DNA of 64,000 nt from assembly GCA_963842235.1 (NCBI GenBank), contig CAWJFT010000001.1, positions 882,368 through 946,367 of the forward strand. The letters run 5' to 3'. Each line of letters begins with the position of its first letter. The first letter of the stretch is position 1. Shown in pieces: positions 10,161 to 23,646 of this stretch. A program made the position numbers and the translations under genes. The notes under the pieces are model-generated. The model was not told where the DNA came from and searched no databases. It saw only the letters and a program-made list of their open reading frames with translations. This DNA is from an uncultured Actinomycetes bacterium. Lineage in GTDB: Bacteria; Actinomycetota; Thermoleophilia; Gaiellales; Gaiellaceae.

Positions 10161-11973
10161 GTGCCCGCCCTGGTCGACACTACCGTCCGCCTGCTGAGCC
10201 AGGAACCGCTCGCCGGTCGGCTCTCGACGGCGGCGATCCTCGAGCTCGCCGAGGTGCTCGACGGAGCCGGATTCGCGGCGCTCGAGGTCTCCGGCGGAGG
10301 TGTCTTCGACAGCGCCGTCCGTCGCGGAGTCGAGTCGCCGTGGGAACGCATCCGCGCGATCCGTGCCCGCACGTCGACCCCACTGGGGATGGCCCTCCGC
10401 GGGCGCTTCCTCGTCGGGTCCCGGCCGGTTGGAGGCGACTTCGTCCGCCGGTTCGTGATGACGGCCGCCGAGAACGGGATCGACGTCTTCCGCCTCCACG
10501 ACCCGCTGAACGACGTGTCGAACCTCCGCGAGGCCGGCGAGGCGATCACCTCGGCCAACCGCGAGTTCGACGCGGGCCTCATCTACAGCCCGGGCCCCAC
10601 CGGCGAGACCGACACGCTCGTCGAGCAGGCGAAGAAGCTTCCCGACCTCGGCGCCGCGCGCATCCTCCTCCACGACCCCTCCGGGTCGCTCCAGCCGCAT
10701 CACTCGCACGAGCTGGTGGCCGCGCTCGCGGAGACCAGCGGGCTCCCCGTGGGGATCTACTGCCAGGGCTCGGGCGGAAGCGCTCTCGCGACAGCGCTCG
10801 AAGCCGCCCGCGCAGGCGCCGACCGGATCGCCTGCACCACCTATCCCGTCGCTCTGATCCTCCACCGGGTCGCCGGCGAAGGACTGGCCGACGCACTGCG
10901 TGGCCAGGGGCTCGATCCGGGGATCGACGTCTCGGCCGTCTGGCGAGCAGCGCAGCTTGTCGACGAGCACATCGGCGACGAGCCGGTCACGCCGCTTGCG
11001 ACCCGCGTCGCCGTCAGGGCTGCGGCCCACAACCTGCCGGCCGGGCTCGTCGCTGCGCTGGACGGGCACCTGCGGGCGCAGAGCGCAGGAGACCGGCTCG
11101 ACGAGGTGCTCGGCGAGCTCGAGCGCATCAGGGCCGAAGCCGGCTGGCCGCCGCTCGCCGCGCCCATCGGCCAGATCCTCGGCAGTCAGGCGCTGATCCA
11201 CGTCCTCTCGGCCAGTCGCTACCAGGTCGTCGTCGACGAGCTCCGGGAGCTCTATCGCGGAGACTTCGGCTCCCCGCCCGCGGAGCTCGACCCGACGGCT
11301 CAGCGCGCTATCGAGCTGATCTCGGACGGCGAGGTGGAGCAGCAGCCTGCGGCCGACCTCGACGAGATCAGGGACGAGGCCCGCGGGCTGGCCTCGAGCG
11401 ACGAGGAGCTTCTCCTGCTCGCGCTCTTCGGCGATGAGGCCGAGGCGCTGCTTCACGCCGTGCGCGGCCGAGCGAGCGGCGAGGAAGACCTCGTCGGCGG
11501 AGGAGTCGACCAGAGCCGCGCGGAGCGGATCCGCGAGCTGGTTCGGATCGTCCAGGAGAGCGGTGTCGCCGAGATCGCAGTCGAAGAAGCCGGGATGCGA
11601 GTCTCGATCCGCCGGCGCGAGGAGCCTGAGGCAGGGACCCCACCCGCACCTGCGCCAGCCGCGCCGACGCCGACGGATGTCGCTCCGCTGCAGCCGGCGG
11701 AGGAGGTGTCGACCGACGGGCTCGTCCGGGTCGAGGCGCCGATGGTCGGGACCTTTTACCGCGCGTCCTCTCCCGGCGCGCCGGCCTTCGTGGAAGAGGG
11801 CGCGCCGGTCGCCGCCGGCCAGACGCTCTGCATCCTCGAGGCGATGAAGCTGATGAACGAGATCAAGGCGGAGCTCGACGGCATCGTGCGGCACATCCAC
11901 GTCGCCAACGGCGACGCCGTCGAGTTCGGCCAGCTCCTGTTCGAGATCGAGCCGGCGCTCGGCCGGCCACTCG

Positions 11974-11984
<11 letters not shown>
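10161..11984 (+). CDS. biotin carboxyl carrier protein (AccB-type) with a long N-terminal OadA/PycB-like carboxyltransferase domain lacking the catalytic ligands
   Basis: Residues 1 to about 400 align by eye along OadA/5S carboxyltransferase. The C-terminus is AccB (IRELVRIVQESGVAEIAVEE, MVGTFYRASSPGAPAFVEEG, LCILEAMKLMNEI). Confidence 0.8.
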
Positions 11985-13334
<1,350 letters not shown>

Positions 13335-13338
<4 letters not shown>

Positions 13339-13721
13339 CCGCTATCAGTCGCCGAGAAGCACGGCGCGCAGCGCTCTTCATGCTCTTCCAGTGGGACGTG
13401 ACCGGCAAGCCGCTGGGGTCGACCTACGAGGGCGAGGTGGACGAGTTCGCGCACGAGACGGCGGAGGGCGTCGCCGAGCGTGCGGAGGAGCTCGACCGTC
13501 GAATCGACGAAGCGACCGTCGACTGGCCGGCGAACCGGCTCGGCGCGCTCGAGCGGAACGTGCTCCGCGTCGGCATCTACGAGCTCGACAAGGGCGAGGT
13601 TCCGCCGGAGGTGGCGATCGACGAAGCGGTGCGCCTCGCGAAGCGCTACGCCTCTGATGAAGCCGGCAAGCTCGTGAACGGGATCCTGGGACGGATCGCG
13701 CGGGAGACGGCGAAGCCGTGA
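13335..13721 (+). CDS. nusB: transcription antitermination factor NusB
   Basis: REARRAALFMLFQWDV, LERNVLRVGIYEL, AIDEAVRLAKRY, NGILGRIA. GTGA overlap with accC. Confidence 0.85.
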
Positions 13722-13906
13722 GCGCGGAGGAATCCCTCAGGCGGGCGGAAGAGCTGATGGAGCGGCTCGAGGCCACGCGGAGCCGGCTCGAGGCGACGAC
13801 CGACCCAGAAGCGGCGATCGAGATCCTGACCGAGCTCTCCAACATCGCCAAGGAGGTCGAGGCCGAGCTCTCGAAGGCCAAGCGCGAGGTCGATGCGGAC
13901 GCCTGA
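13718..13906 (+). CDS. xseB: small helical protein, possibly exodeoxyribonuclease VII small subunit
   Basis: 62 aa, coiled-coil-like. Its position between nusB and the polyprenyl synthase matches the xseB-ispA arrangement known from E. coli and Bacillus. Sequence resemblance is weak and no xseA is adjacent. Confidence 0.4.
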   Translation: MSAEESLRRAEELMERLEATRSRLEATTDPEAAIEILTELSNIAKEVEAELSKAKREVDADA

Positions 13907-14660
13907 CGCGCACCGCGAGGCGTTCGAGGAGTACCTCGAGGCGCTGCAGCTTCCCTCCGAGCTCGGCGGGCTCCAGGAAGCCGTGCGCTACGCGCTCGCG
14001 GGCGGGGGCAAGCGGATCCGGCCGGTGCTTTGTCTGGCGACGACCGAGGCGGCGGGTAGTGAGCCCGACGAGGCGCTGGACGCGGCCGCGGCGCTGGAGC
14101 TCGTTCACTCCTTCTCGCTCGTCCATGACGACCTCCCCGCCCTGGACGACGACGAGCAACGACGGGGCCGGCCGTCGGCGCATGTCCGCTTCGGCGAGGC
14201 CGAGGCGATCCTTGCCGGCGACGCCCTCCTCACCGAAGCCTTCGCCTTGGCGCTCCGCTGCCCGACCGCCGACGTCGCGCGCGAGCTCGTCCACGCCACC
14301 TCCGGGATGATCGCGGGCCAGTACCTCGACGTGAACGGAGCCCGTCGTGACCGGGCCGAGCTGAACCGGCTGAAGACGGGCCGGCTGTTCGAGGCCTCCG
14401 TCGGCTGCGGGCTCTGGATCGCAGGTGTCCCACCTGAGGAGCAGGATCCGTGGCGCGCCTTCGCGGCCGACTACGGCTTCCTCTATCAGGTCGTGGACGA
14501 CCTCCTGGACGACGACGGCCTCGTCCAGGAGCGCGGGGCGGAGGAGACCAGGACGCTGGCCGCGGAGACCGAACGATCGGCTCGGGCCCACCTGGCCGAG
14601 ATCGACCGGGACACCTCAGTGCTCGGTGAGCTCGTCGACGAGCTCACGGCGCGCATCTAG
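13893..14660 (+). CDS. polyprenyl diphosphate synthase (FPP/GGPP synthase family)
   Basis: GGKRIRP, first Asp-rich motif LVHDDLPALDDDEQRRG, second motif QVVDDLLDDDG. Confidence 0.85.
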   Translation: MRTPDAHREAFEEYLEALQLPSELGGLQEAVRYALAGGGKRIRPVLCLATTEAAGSEPDEALDAAAALELVHSFSLVHDDLPALDDDEQRRGRPSAHVRFGEAEAILAGDALLTEAFALALRCPTADVARELVHATSGMIAGQYLDVNGARRDRAELNRLKTGRLFEASVGCGLWIAGVPPEEQDPWRAFAADYGFLYQVVDDLLDDDGLVQERGAEETRTLAAETERSARAHLAEIDRDTSVLGELVDELTARI

Positions 14661-15466
14661 CACGTGCCGTAGCCGTATTCGCGGACCTTCTCGCAGAACT
14701 CCTGCTCGCTGGCCGTGAAGAAGTGGCGGACGCTGCCCGGCTTCCGCAGGTAGTAGAGGTAGTTCCGCGGCGCCGGCCGTGCGGCTGCCCGCATCGACGG
14801 CACGCCCGGATTCCCGATCGGCGTCGGCGGCAGTCCCTTGAACCGCCGCGTGTTGTACGGCGAGTTGCTCCGGAGCTGCCGCTTGGTCAGCGGCCGCGTG
14901 CCCGGGATCCCGAGGCCGTAGCGGATCGTCGCGTCGATCGCGAGCGGCATGTCCTTCTGGAGTCGGTTGTAGATGACCGCGGAGACGAGCCGGCGCTCGT
15001 CTGGCGCGACCGTCTCACGCTCGATCATCGAGGCGATGATGAGGACGTCGTACGGCGTCAGGTTCCCGGCCCGGGCGCGGCGAAGGTCGATCCCGCTCCA
15101 CACCTGCTCGAACGCGGCAAGCTGCTGCACGATCAGCTCCGGCGCACGCGTTTCCCGCGTGAACTCGTAGAGTGAGGGAAAGAGGAAGCCCTCGACGCTG
15201 CGCCGCTTCAGGTACGGCCTGAAGGCGCTCGGCGCCCTTGCGCGGGCGGCCGCGGCCTTGTAGGCGACGCCGGTGAGCCTCGGCGTGACGTGTCGCTTGT
15301 GGATCGCGATCTTCCGGACCTCGGACACCCGATCGGCCATCTGCCGAACGCTGAAGCCCTCGGGGAAGACGATCCTCAGGGTCGTGGGAGCAGTCGCCGC
15401 ACGCGCGTCGAGTGCGCCGAGCGCGAGAACAAGCGCAGCCAGCATGACGGCGAGACCCCGAGCCAT
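14657..15466 (-). CDS. mltG: second MltG/YceG-family endolytic transglycosylase
   Basis: C-terminal 270 aa of ORF 14657..16159: signal/TM MARGLAVMLAALVLALGAL, VEGFLFPSLYEF, MIERE, IYNRL, IDATIRYG, YNTR..GLPPTPIGNPG. An alternative ATG lies at 15487. Confidence 0.85.
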   Translation of the reverse strand: MARGLAVMLAALVLALGALDARAATAPTTLRIVFPEGFSVRQMADRVSEVRKIAIHKRHVTPRLTGVAYKAAAARARAPSAFRPYLKRRSVEGFLFPSLYEFTRETRAPELIVQQLAAFEQVWSGIDLRRARAGNLTPYDVLIIASMIERETVAPDERRLVSAVIYNRLQKDMPLAIDATIRYGLGIPGTRPLTKRQLRSNSPYNTRRFKGLPPTPIGNPGVPSMRAAARPAPRNYLYYLRKPGSVRHFFTASEQEFCEKVREYGYGTC

Positions 15467-15485
15467 CGCCTTTAGCCTACGTGCC

Positions 15486-16247
15486 ATGAAGAAGCGCCTC
15501 GACGTGCTGCTCGTCGAGCGCGGTCTCGCGGAGTCCCGCGCCCAGGCGCAGGCACTGGTGATGGCCGGCCGCGTCCCGGGCTTCGAAAAGGCCGGCCAGC
15601 AGGTCGACGAAGCCGCTGCGCTCGAGCTGACCGAGCGGCCGCGGTTCGTCTCCCGCGGCGGCGAGAAGCTCGACCACGCTCTCGAGGTCTTCGGGGTCGA
15701 TCCCGCCGGCCGCGACGCTCTCGACGTGGGCGCGTCGACCGGAGGGTTCACCGACGTCCTGCTCCAGCGCGGCGCGGCGCGGGTGATCGCACTCGACGTC
15801 GGGCGGGCGCAGCTGCACGAGCGGTTGCGCGAGGATCCACGGGTGATCGTCATGGACGGCGTCAACGCGCGGCACCTCGCCGAGCTCCCGTTCAGGCCGG
15901 AGCTCGTCACCTGCGACGTCTCGTTCATCAGCGTCCGGCAGGTGCTGCCCGCGGTGCTCCCGCTCGCCGAGCCCGGCTGGGAGGCGGTCGTCCTCGTCAA
16001 GCCCCAGTTCGAAGCGGGACGCGAGCAGGTGAAGGGCGGCGTCGTCAAGGATCCGGCGGTGCACGAGCGCGTGCTCCGCGAAGTGGCCGAGGCGGCGCTC
16101 GACTGGGACGCGGCGACCGTCGGCGTCACGGACTCCGGACTTCCCGGCCCGAAGGGCAACCGCGAGTTCTTCCTCCACCTCGTGCACCGGCCCGAGGCGG
16201 AGCTGCCGGCGGAGCTCGACGATTGGATCCGCGATGCCGTCGGTTGA
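15486..16247 (+). CDS. tlyA: TlyA-family rRNA 2'-O-methyltransferase
   Basis: MKKRLDVLLVERGLAESRAQAQALV (S4 domain), SRGGEKL, LDVGASTGGFTDVLL, DVSFIS, PQFE. Confidence 0.9.
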   Translation: MKKRLDVLLVERGLAESRAQAQALVMAGRVPGFEKAGQQVDEAAALELTERPRFVSRGGEKLDHALEVFGVDPAGRDALDVGASTGGFTDVLLQRGAARVIALDVGRAQLHERLREDPRVIVMDGVNARHLAELPFRPELVTCDVSFISVRQVLPAVLPLAEPGWEAVVLVKPQFEAGREQVKGGVVKDPAVHERVLREVAEAALDWDAATVGVTDSGLPGPKGNREFFLHLVHRPEAELPAELDDWIRDAVG

Positions 16248-17016
16248 GCGGGCCACCGTCGTCAGCCACGGCAAGCCCGAGCTCGTCGCCGAGGCAGTCG
16301 AGCGGGTCAAGCGGGTGGCCGAGGAAGCCGGCGTCGAGCTGGTCGACGGCGATGACGCCGATCTCGCTGTCGTCCTCGGCGGAGACGGGACGATGCTCCG
16401 GGCGCTCAAGCGCTTCCTCGGCACCGGCGTGCCGGTTCTCGGCGTCAACTTCGGACGGGTCGGCTTCCTGGCCGGCGTGCCGCAGGAGGAGCTCGAGATC
16501 GGGCTCGAACGTGCCTTCAGGGGCGAGTTCATGACCGTGGAGCTGCCTACGGTCGAGGCCGAGCTCGGGGGGAAACGGGAGCCCGCGGTGAACGACGTCG
16601 TCGCCTCCAGCGCCTCCATCGGGCGGATGGTCGAGCTCCGCTGGACGATCGGCGGCGAGGACCTCGGCTCGGTGCCGTGCGACGGGGTGATCTGCTCGAC
16701 GCCGTCGGGCTCGACTGCGTACAACCTGTCGAACGGCGGGCCCGTCCTCGTCTGGGGCCTCGACGCGATGGCGGTCACATTCGTCGCGCCGCACTCGCTC
16801 CACGCCCGGCCGCTGGTCGTTCCCCGCAGCCACGACCTCGAGGTCACGAACCTCACTCCCGACGTGAACGTGGCCGTCCTCGCGGACGGACACCACATCG
16901 GCGAGCTCGGCCGCGGGGACAGCGTCTCGGTGACGCTCGCCGAGGCCCGAAGCCTGCTGGCGCGGTTGCCGGAATCGACCTTCTTCCGTCGCTACCGCGA
17001 CACGTTCGCGTCCTAG
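16234..17016 (+). CDS. nadK: NAD kinase
   Basis: VVLGGDGTMLRA, GVNFGRVGFL, NDVV, DGVICSTPSGSTAYNLSNGGP. Confidence 0.9.
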   Translation: MPSVERATVVSHGKPELVAEAVERVKRVAEEAGVELVDGDDADLAVVLGGDGTMLRALKRFLGTGVPVLGVNFGRVGFLAGVPQEELEIGLERAFRGEFMTVELPTVEAELGGKREPAVNDVVASSASIGRMVELRWTIGGEDLGSVPCDGVICSTPSGSTAYNLSNGGPVLVWGLDAMAVTFVAPHSLHARPLVVPRSHDLEVTNLTPDVNVAVLADGHHIGELGRGDSVSVTLAEARSLLARLPESTFFRRYRDTFAS

Positions 17017-17037
17017 GCGCTGCGTAGCATCGGCCGT

Positions 17038-20431
<3,394 letters not shown>

Positions 20432-20450
20432 CGTCGCGTTTACGAAGTAG

Positions 20451-20475
20451 GCACGAAGCGGTTTCTCCTTCGTGC
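20451..20475 (+). terminator. hairpin downstream of pyrG (8-bp stem GCACGAAG/CTTCGTGC, 9-nt loop)
   Basis: Perfect inverted repeat read directly from the sequence. No U-tract follows, so the terminator function is tentative. Confidence 0.3.
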
Positions 20476-20488
20476 GGCCGTTGTCCAT

Positions 20489-21391
20489 ATGGTAAACGGC
20501 ATGAAGAAATCAAACCTCATAGTTCTGGGAGCGGCGTTGATGGCCCTGCTGGCGGTGCCCGCTTCGACTGCTGCCGGCGGCCCGGGCAAGGTGAACATCG
20601 TCCCCGCCGACTGCGGCGACAGGTACGACAATGACGACGACGGGAGGGTTGACTACCCAGCCGATCCGGGCTGCACAAGCTCTTCGGACGGCGACGAGTG
20701 GAATCCACCGCCGCCACCACCTCCGCCTCCTCCGCCACCGCCTCCTCCTCCACCGCCTCCAGCCTGCTCCGATGGGGCAGACAATGACGGCGACGGGTTC
20801 AACAACTACCCGAGCGATCCGGGCTGCTCATCTGCTTCGGACAACGACGAGTGGAACGACTGGGCCTCGCTGGCAGAAGTGGGGACGTTCACCTGGGGCG
20901 AAACGTCGTATGCCTGCGGGACGGCCGGTGCGGATGCGAACCAGTGGTACGCCCCGGGAGTCTTGGCGGACAGCATCCCGCCCGGCGACGGCCTCACGGG
21001 AACAGCGGTAGATACTTTCTGCCCGCTGTCCACGTCGCGGTGCAAGAAGCAGGTCTGGGAGACCGAGATGATCCAGAAGCTGACCCCGTGGGGCCCGAGC
21101 TACCGGGCGCTGACGTTCAAGGGCTTCTACAGCGTCTGCTACCGCTACAACGACGGCATCGTCACGGTGAAGGGGCGAGCGGCCGACTGTTACGCCCCGC
21201 AGGTGCCGTGGCAGTGCAACGGAATCGCTGAGGGATACCCGTGGCACTACCGTGCCGCGAAGTACGTCGAGTTTCACTACCGCATCAAGGCTTGCATCCA
21301 GGGCAGCGGTTGCACCGTCGGACGCCAGCCGTGGGTGACGATTACGTTCTTCGACAACAACACGCAAAACTTCACTCAGGGTCTGGCATGA
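20489..21391 (+). CDS. orphan secreted Cys-rich protein with two acidic DNDxDG modules and a poly-proline spacer
   Basis: Signal peptide MKKSNLIVLGAALMALLAVPASTAA (alternative ATG 20501). It has two 31-aa repeats, 19 consecutive Pro codons, and a 170-aa C-terminal domain with many Cys/Trp/Tyr. I recognise no family for the C-domain. Confidence 0.75.
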   Translation: MVNGMKKSNLIVLGAALMALLAVPASTAAGGPGKVNIVPADCGDRYDNDDDGRVDYPADPGCTSSSDGDEWNPPPPPPPPPPPPPPPPPPPACSDGADNDGDGFNNYPSDPGCSSASDNDEWNDWASLAEVGTFTWGETSYACGTAGADANQWYAPGVLADSIPPGDGLTGTAVDTFCPLSTSRCKKQVWETEMIQKLTPWGPSYRALTFKGFYSVCYRYNDGIVTVKGRAADCYAPQVPWQCNGIAEGYPWHYRAAKYVEFHYRIKACIQGSGCTVGRQPWVTITFFDNNTQNFTQGLA

Positions 21392-21474
21392 ACACCGTCA
21401 AGTGGATCCTCATCGGAGCGGTAGTCGTCTTCGGCGTGATGATCTATCTCTCGTACATGGTGACGATGGGCTAG
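21388..21474 (+). CDS. 28-aa single-TM micro-protein
   Basis: ATG overlaps the upstream stop (ATGA). MNTVKWILIGAVVVFGVMIYLSYMVTMG is one hydrophobic helix. A terminator-like hairpin follows. Confidence 0.45.
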   Translation: MNTVKWILIGAVVVFGVMIYLSYMVTMG

Positions 21475-21493
21475 TCCCGTCCGTCGTTTTCTT
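21462..21493 (+). terminator. intrinsic-terminator-like hairpin plus T-run
   Basis: GACGATGGG / CCCGTCCGTC stem (one bulge, one G:U), 5-nt loop containing the stop codon, then GTTTTCTT. Confidence 0.4.
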
Positions 21494-21706
21494 GCAGGCA
21501 GGCTGAGTGGCTCGGATCGTCGGCGCCTATCAACCGCCTCTAACAGAACGAAGCCTTGTGCCGCCCTGCTGCGCTGGGCGGCGCGAGGCTGCGTCCTCGG
21601 TCTCGCCCGTATCCCTATACGAACGAGACGCTGCGTCGTTCCCTCGCACCACCCATCGCACCCGGACGACGAAGCGTCATTCAGTTAGAGGCTTAGGATT
21701 CTGCGC

Positions 21707-22840
21707 ATGTCGCCAAGCTGGGCGCCGGACGTCGTTGCGCTCTTCACCGAGCTGGCCGCCATCCCGAGCCCACCTGGCTCGGAGCGTGCGGTCGCGGACC
21801 GCGTCGCCGCCTACCTCCAGGATCTGGGCCTCGCGGTGTCCGAGGACGACGCGGGCGCCCGAATCGGAGCGAGTGCGGGAAATCTGCTTGCCCGGCTCGA
21901 GCCTTCGAGCGCGAACGGCGGCACGCCGATCTTCCTCTGCGCTCACCTCGACACGGTTCAGCCGACTGGGCCGCTCGAGCCAGTGGTCGAAGACGGGATC
22001 GTCCGGAACGCGGGCGGAACGATCCTCGGCGCCGACAACAAGGCCGCGGTGGCCGCGATGCTCGAGGCCGTCCGCCTGATCCTGTCCGAGAACCGTCCGC
22101 ACGCCGGCATCGAGCTCCTGTTCACGCCGAAGGAGGAAGTCGGGCTCCAGGGCGCCAAGGCGTTCGACGCAGAGCGGCTGGAGGCCGGAGTGGGTTTCGT
22201 CTTCGACCACGCCGCTCCGATCGGGGAGGTCATGTTGGGGGCTCCTCACGCACGAGCGCTCGACGCGACGATGCGAGGGCGCGCGGCCCACGCAGGCATT
22301 GCGCCCGAGGAGGGCCGCTCGGCAATCGCCGCCGCGGCCCGCGCGATTACCGATTTCCGCCTCGGTCGCCTGGACGACGAGACCACGGCGAACGTCGGGC
22401 TGATCGAGGGTGGGACGGCCAAGAACATCGTTCCCGAGCGTTGCACCTTCAACATCGACGTCCGTTCGCACGACGAGCGAAAGCTCGCCGACCTCGTCCA
22501 GGAGATGCTCGAGACGATCACGTTCGCCGCGGCCCTCGAGCAGTGCGAGGCGGAGACGACGGTGGACGAGAGCTATCGCGGCTACCGCTTAGGCCGCGGT
22601 GATCTTCCTGTTCGGCTGGCTTGCGCCGCGCTCGAGCGGGAGGGGTTTCAGCCGCGGCTCGCTTTGGGCGGGGGCGGCGCGGACGCGAACATCTTCAACG
22701 AGCGCGGCCGGCCGTGTGTCAACCTCGCGAACGGGATGAGCGCGATCCACACGCCCGACGAGCACATCGCCGTCGCGGATCTCGAGCGGATGGTCGACGT
22801 CACGCTCGCCCTGGTCGACGTGGCGCGCGACGCGTCTTAG
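21707..22840 (+). CDS. M20-family metallopeptidase (peptidase T-like)
   Basis: CAHLDTV, GADNKAAVA, FTPKEEVGL, GGTAKNIVP, IHTPDEH. Confidence 0.85.
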   Translation: MSPSWAPDVVALFTELAAIPSPPGSERAVADRVAAYLQDLGLAVSEDDAGARIGASAGNLLARLEPSSANGGTPIFLCAHLDTVQPTGPLEPVVEDGIVRNAGGTILGADNKAAVAAMLEAVRLILSENRPHAGIELLFTPKEEVGLQGAKAFDAERLEAGVGFVFDHAAPIGEVMLGAPHARALDATMRGRAAHAGIAPEEGRSAIAAAARAITDFRLGRLDDETTANVGLIEGGTAKNIVPERCTFNIDVRSHDERKLADLVQEMLETITFAAALEQCEAETTVDESYRGYRLGRGDLPVRLACAALEREGFQPRLALGGGGADANIFNERGRPCVNLANGMSAIHTPDEHIAVADLERMVDVTLALVDVARDAS

Positions 22841-22847
22841 CCTGGCC

Positions 22848-23624
22848 GTGGAGGAGCGGCGCCTCGGGCCCGTCGTAGGGCTCGGCACATGGAACACGTT
22901 CGGCGGTGACGACGAGCTCGCGGGCGACGTGGTGCAAGCGGCCTGGGGCGCGGGCACGCGGGTCTTCGACTCCTCTCCGATGTATGGGCGCGCCGAGCGC
23001 TCGCTGGCCGCGGCGCTCGAGGGACGGCGCGAAGAGGCGGCGGTAGCGACGAAGATCTGGGCGCCCACCGTTGAGCAGGGGATGCACCAATTCGCGGAGC
23101 AACTCGACCTCTTCGGGCGCGTTGAGATCGAGCAGGTGCACAACCTCGTCAGCTGGCGCGAGCACCTGGGCTGGCTCGAGGAGGAGCGCACCGCCGGTCG
23201 CGCCGGGCTGCTCGGGGTCACGCACTACGCGCCGAGCGCGTTCGGCGAGCTTGGCCAGGCGCTCGAGACCCGGTCCTTCCAGACGGTGCAGGTGCCCTAC
23301 AACCCGTACGAGCGTGAAAGTGAGCGTCGGATCCTGCCGCTCGCGGCAGAGCTCGGCGTCGCCGTCATTGTCATGCGTCCGCTTGCCGAGGGGGAGCTGC
23401 TCGACCGGGTGCCGGAGCCGGAGGAGCTCGAGCCACTCAGGGAATTCGGGGTCGAGACCTGGGCGCAGGCGCTCCTCAAGTGGGCGCTCTCCGATCAGCG
23501 CGTAGACGTCGTGATCCCGGCGACACGCAACCCGCTTCACGCCGCAGAGAACGCATTCGCAGGCTCGCCGCCCTGGTTCGGCCCTGAGGAGCGCCGGCTG
23601 GTCGAGCGGCTGGCGCGCGCATAG
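22848..23624 (+). CDS. aldo/keto reductase
   Basis: GLGTW, FDSSPMYG.AE, ATKIW, VQVPYNP, VIVMRPLAEG, VIPATRNP. Confidence 0.85.
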   Translation: MEERRLGPVVGLGTWNTFGGDDELAGDVVQAAWGAGTRVFDSSPMYGRAERSLAAALEGRREEAAVATKIWAPTVEQGMHQFAEQLDLFGRVEIEQVHNLVSWREHLGWLEEERTAGRAGLLGVTHYAPSAFGELGQALETRSFQTVQVPYNPYERESERRILPLAAELGVAVIVMRPLAEGELLDRVPEPEELEPLREFGVETWAQALLKWALSDQRVDVVIPATRNPLHAAENAFAGSPPWFGPEERRLVERLARA

Positions 23625-23646
23625 ACGGATATCGTTCCGCCGCCCG

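Noticed and set aside
20705-20761. CCN-rich tract as a non-coding microsatellite or VNTR
   Set aside because: It lies in frame inside a well-formed ORF between two homologous protein modules. It also uses a mix of CCA, CCG and CCT, so it is a coding poly-proline spacer.
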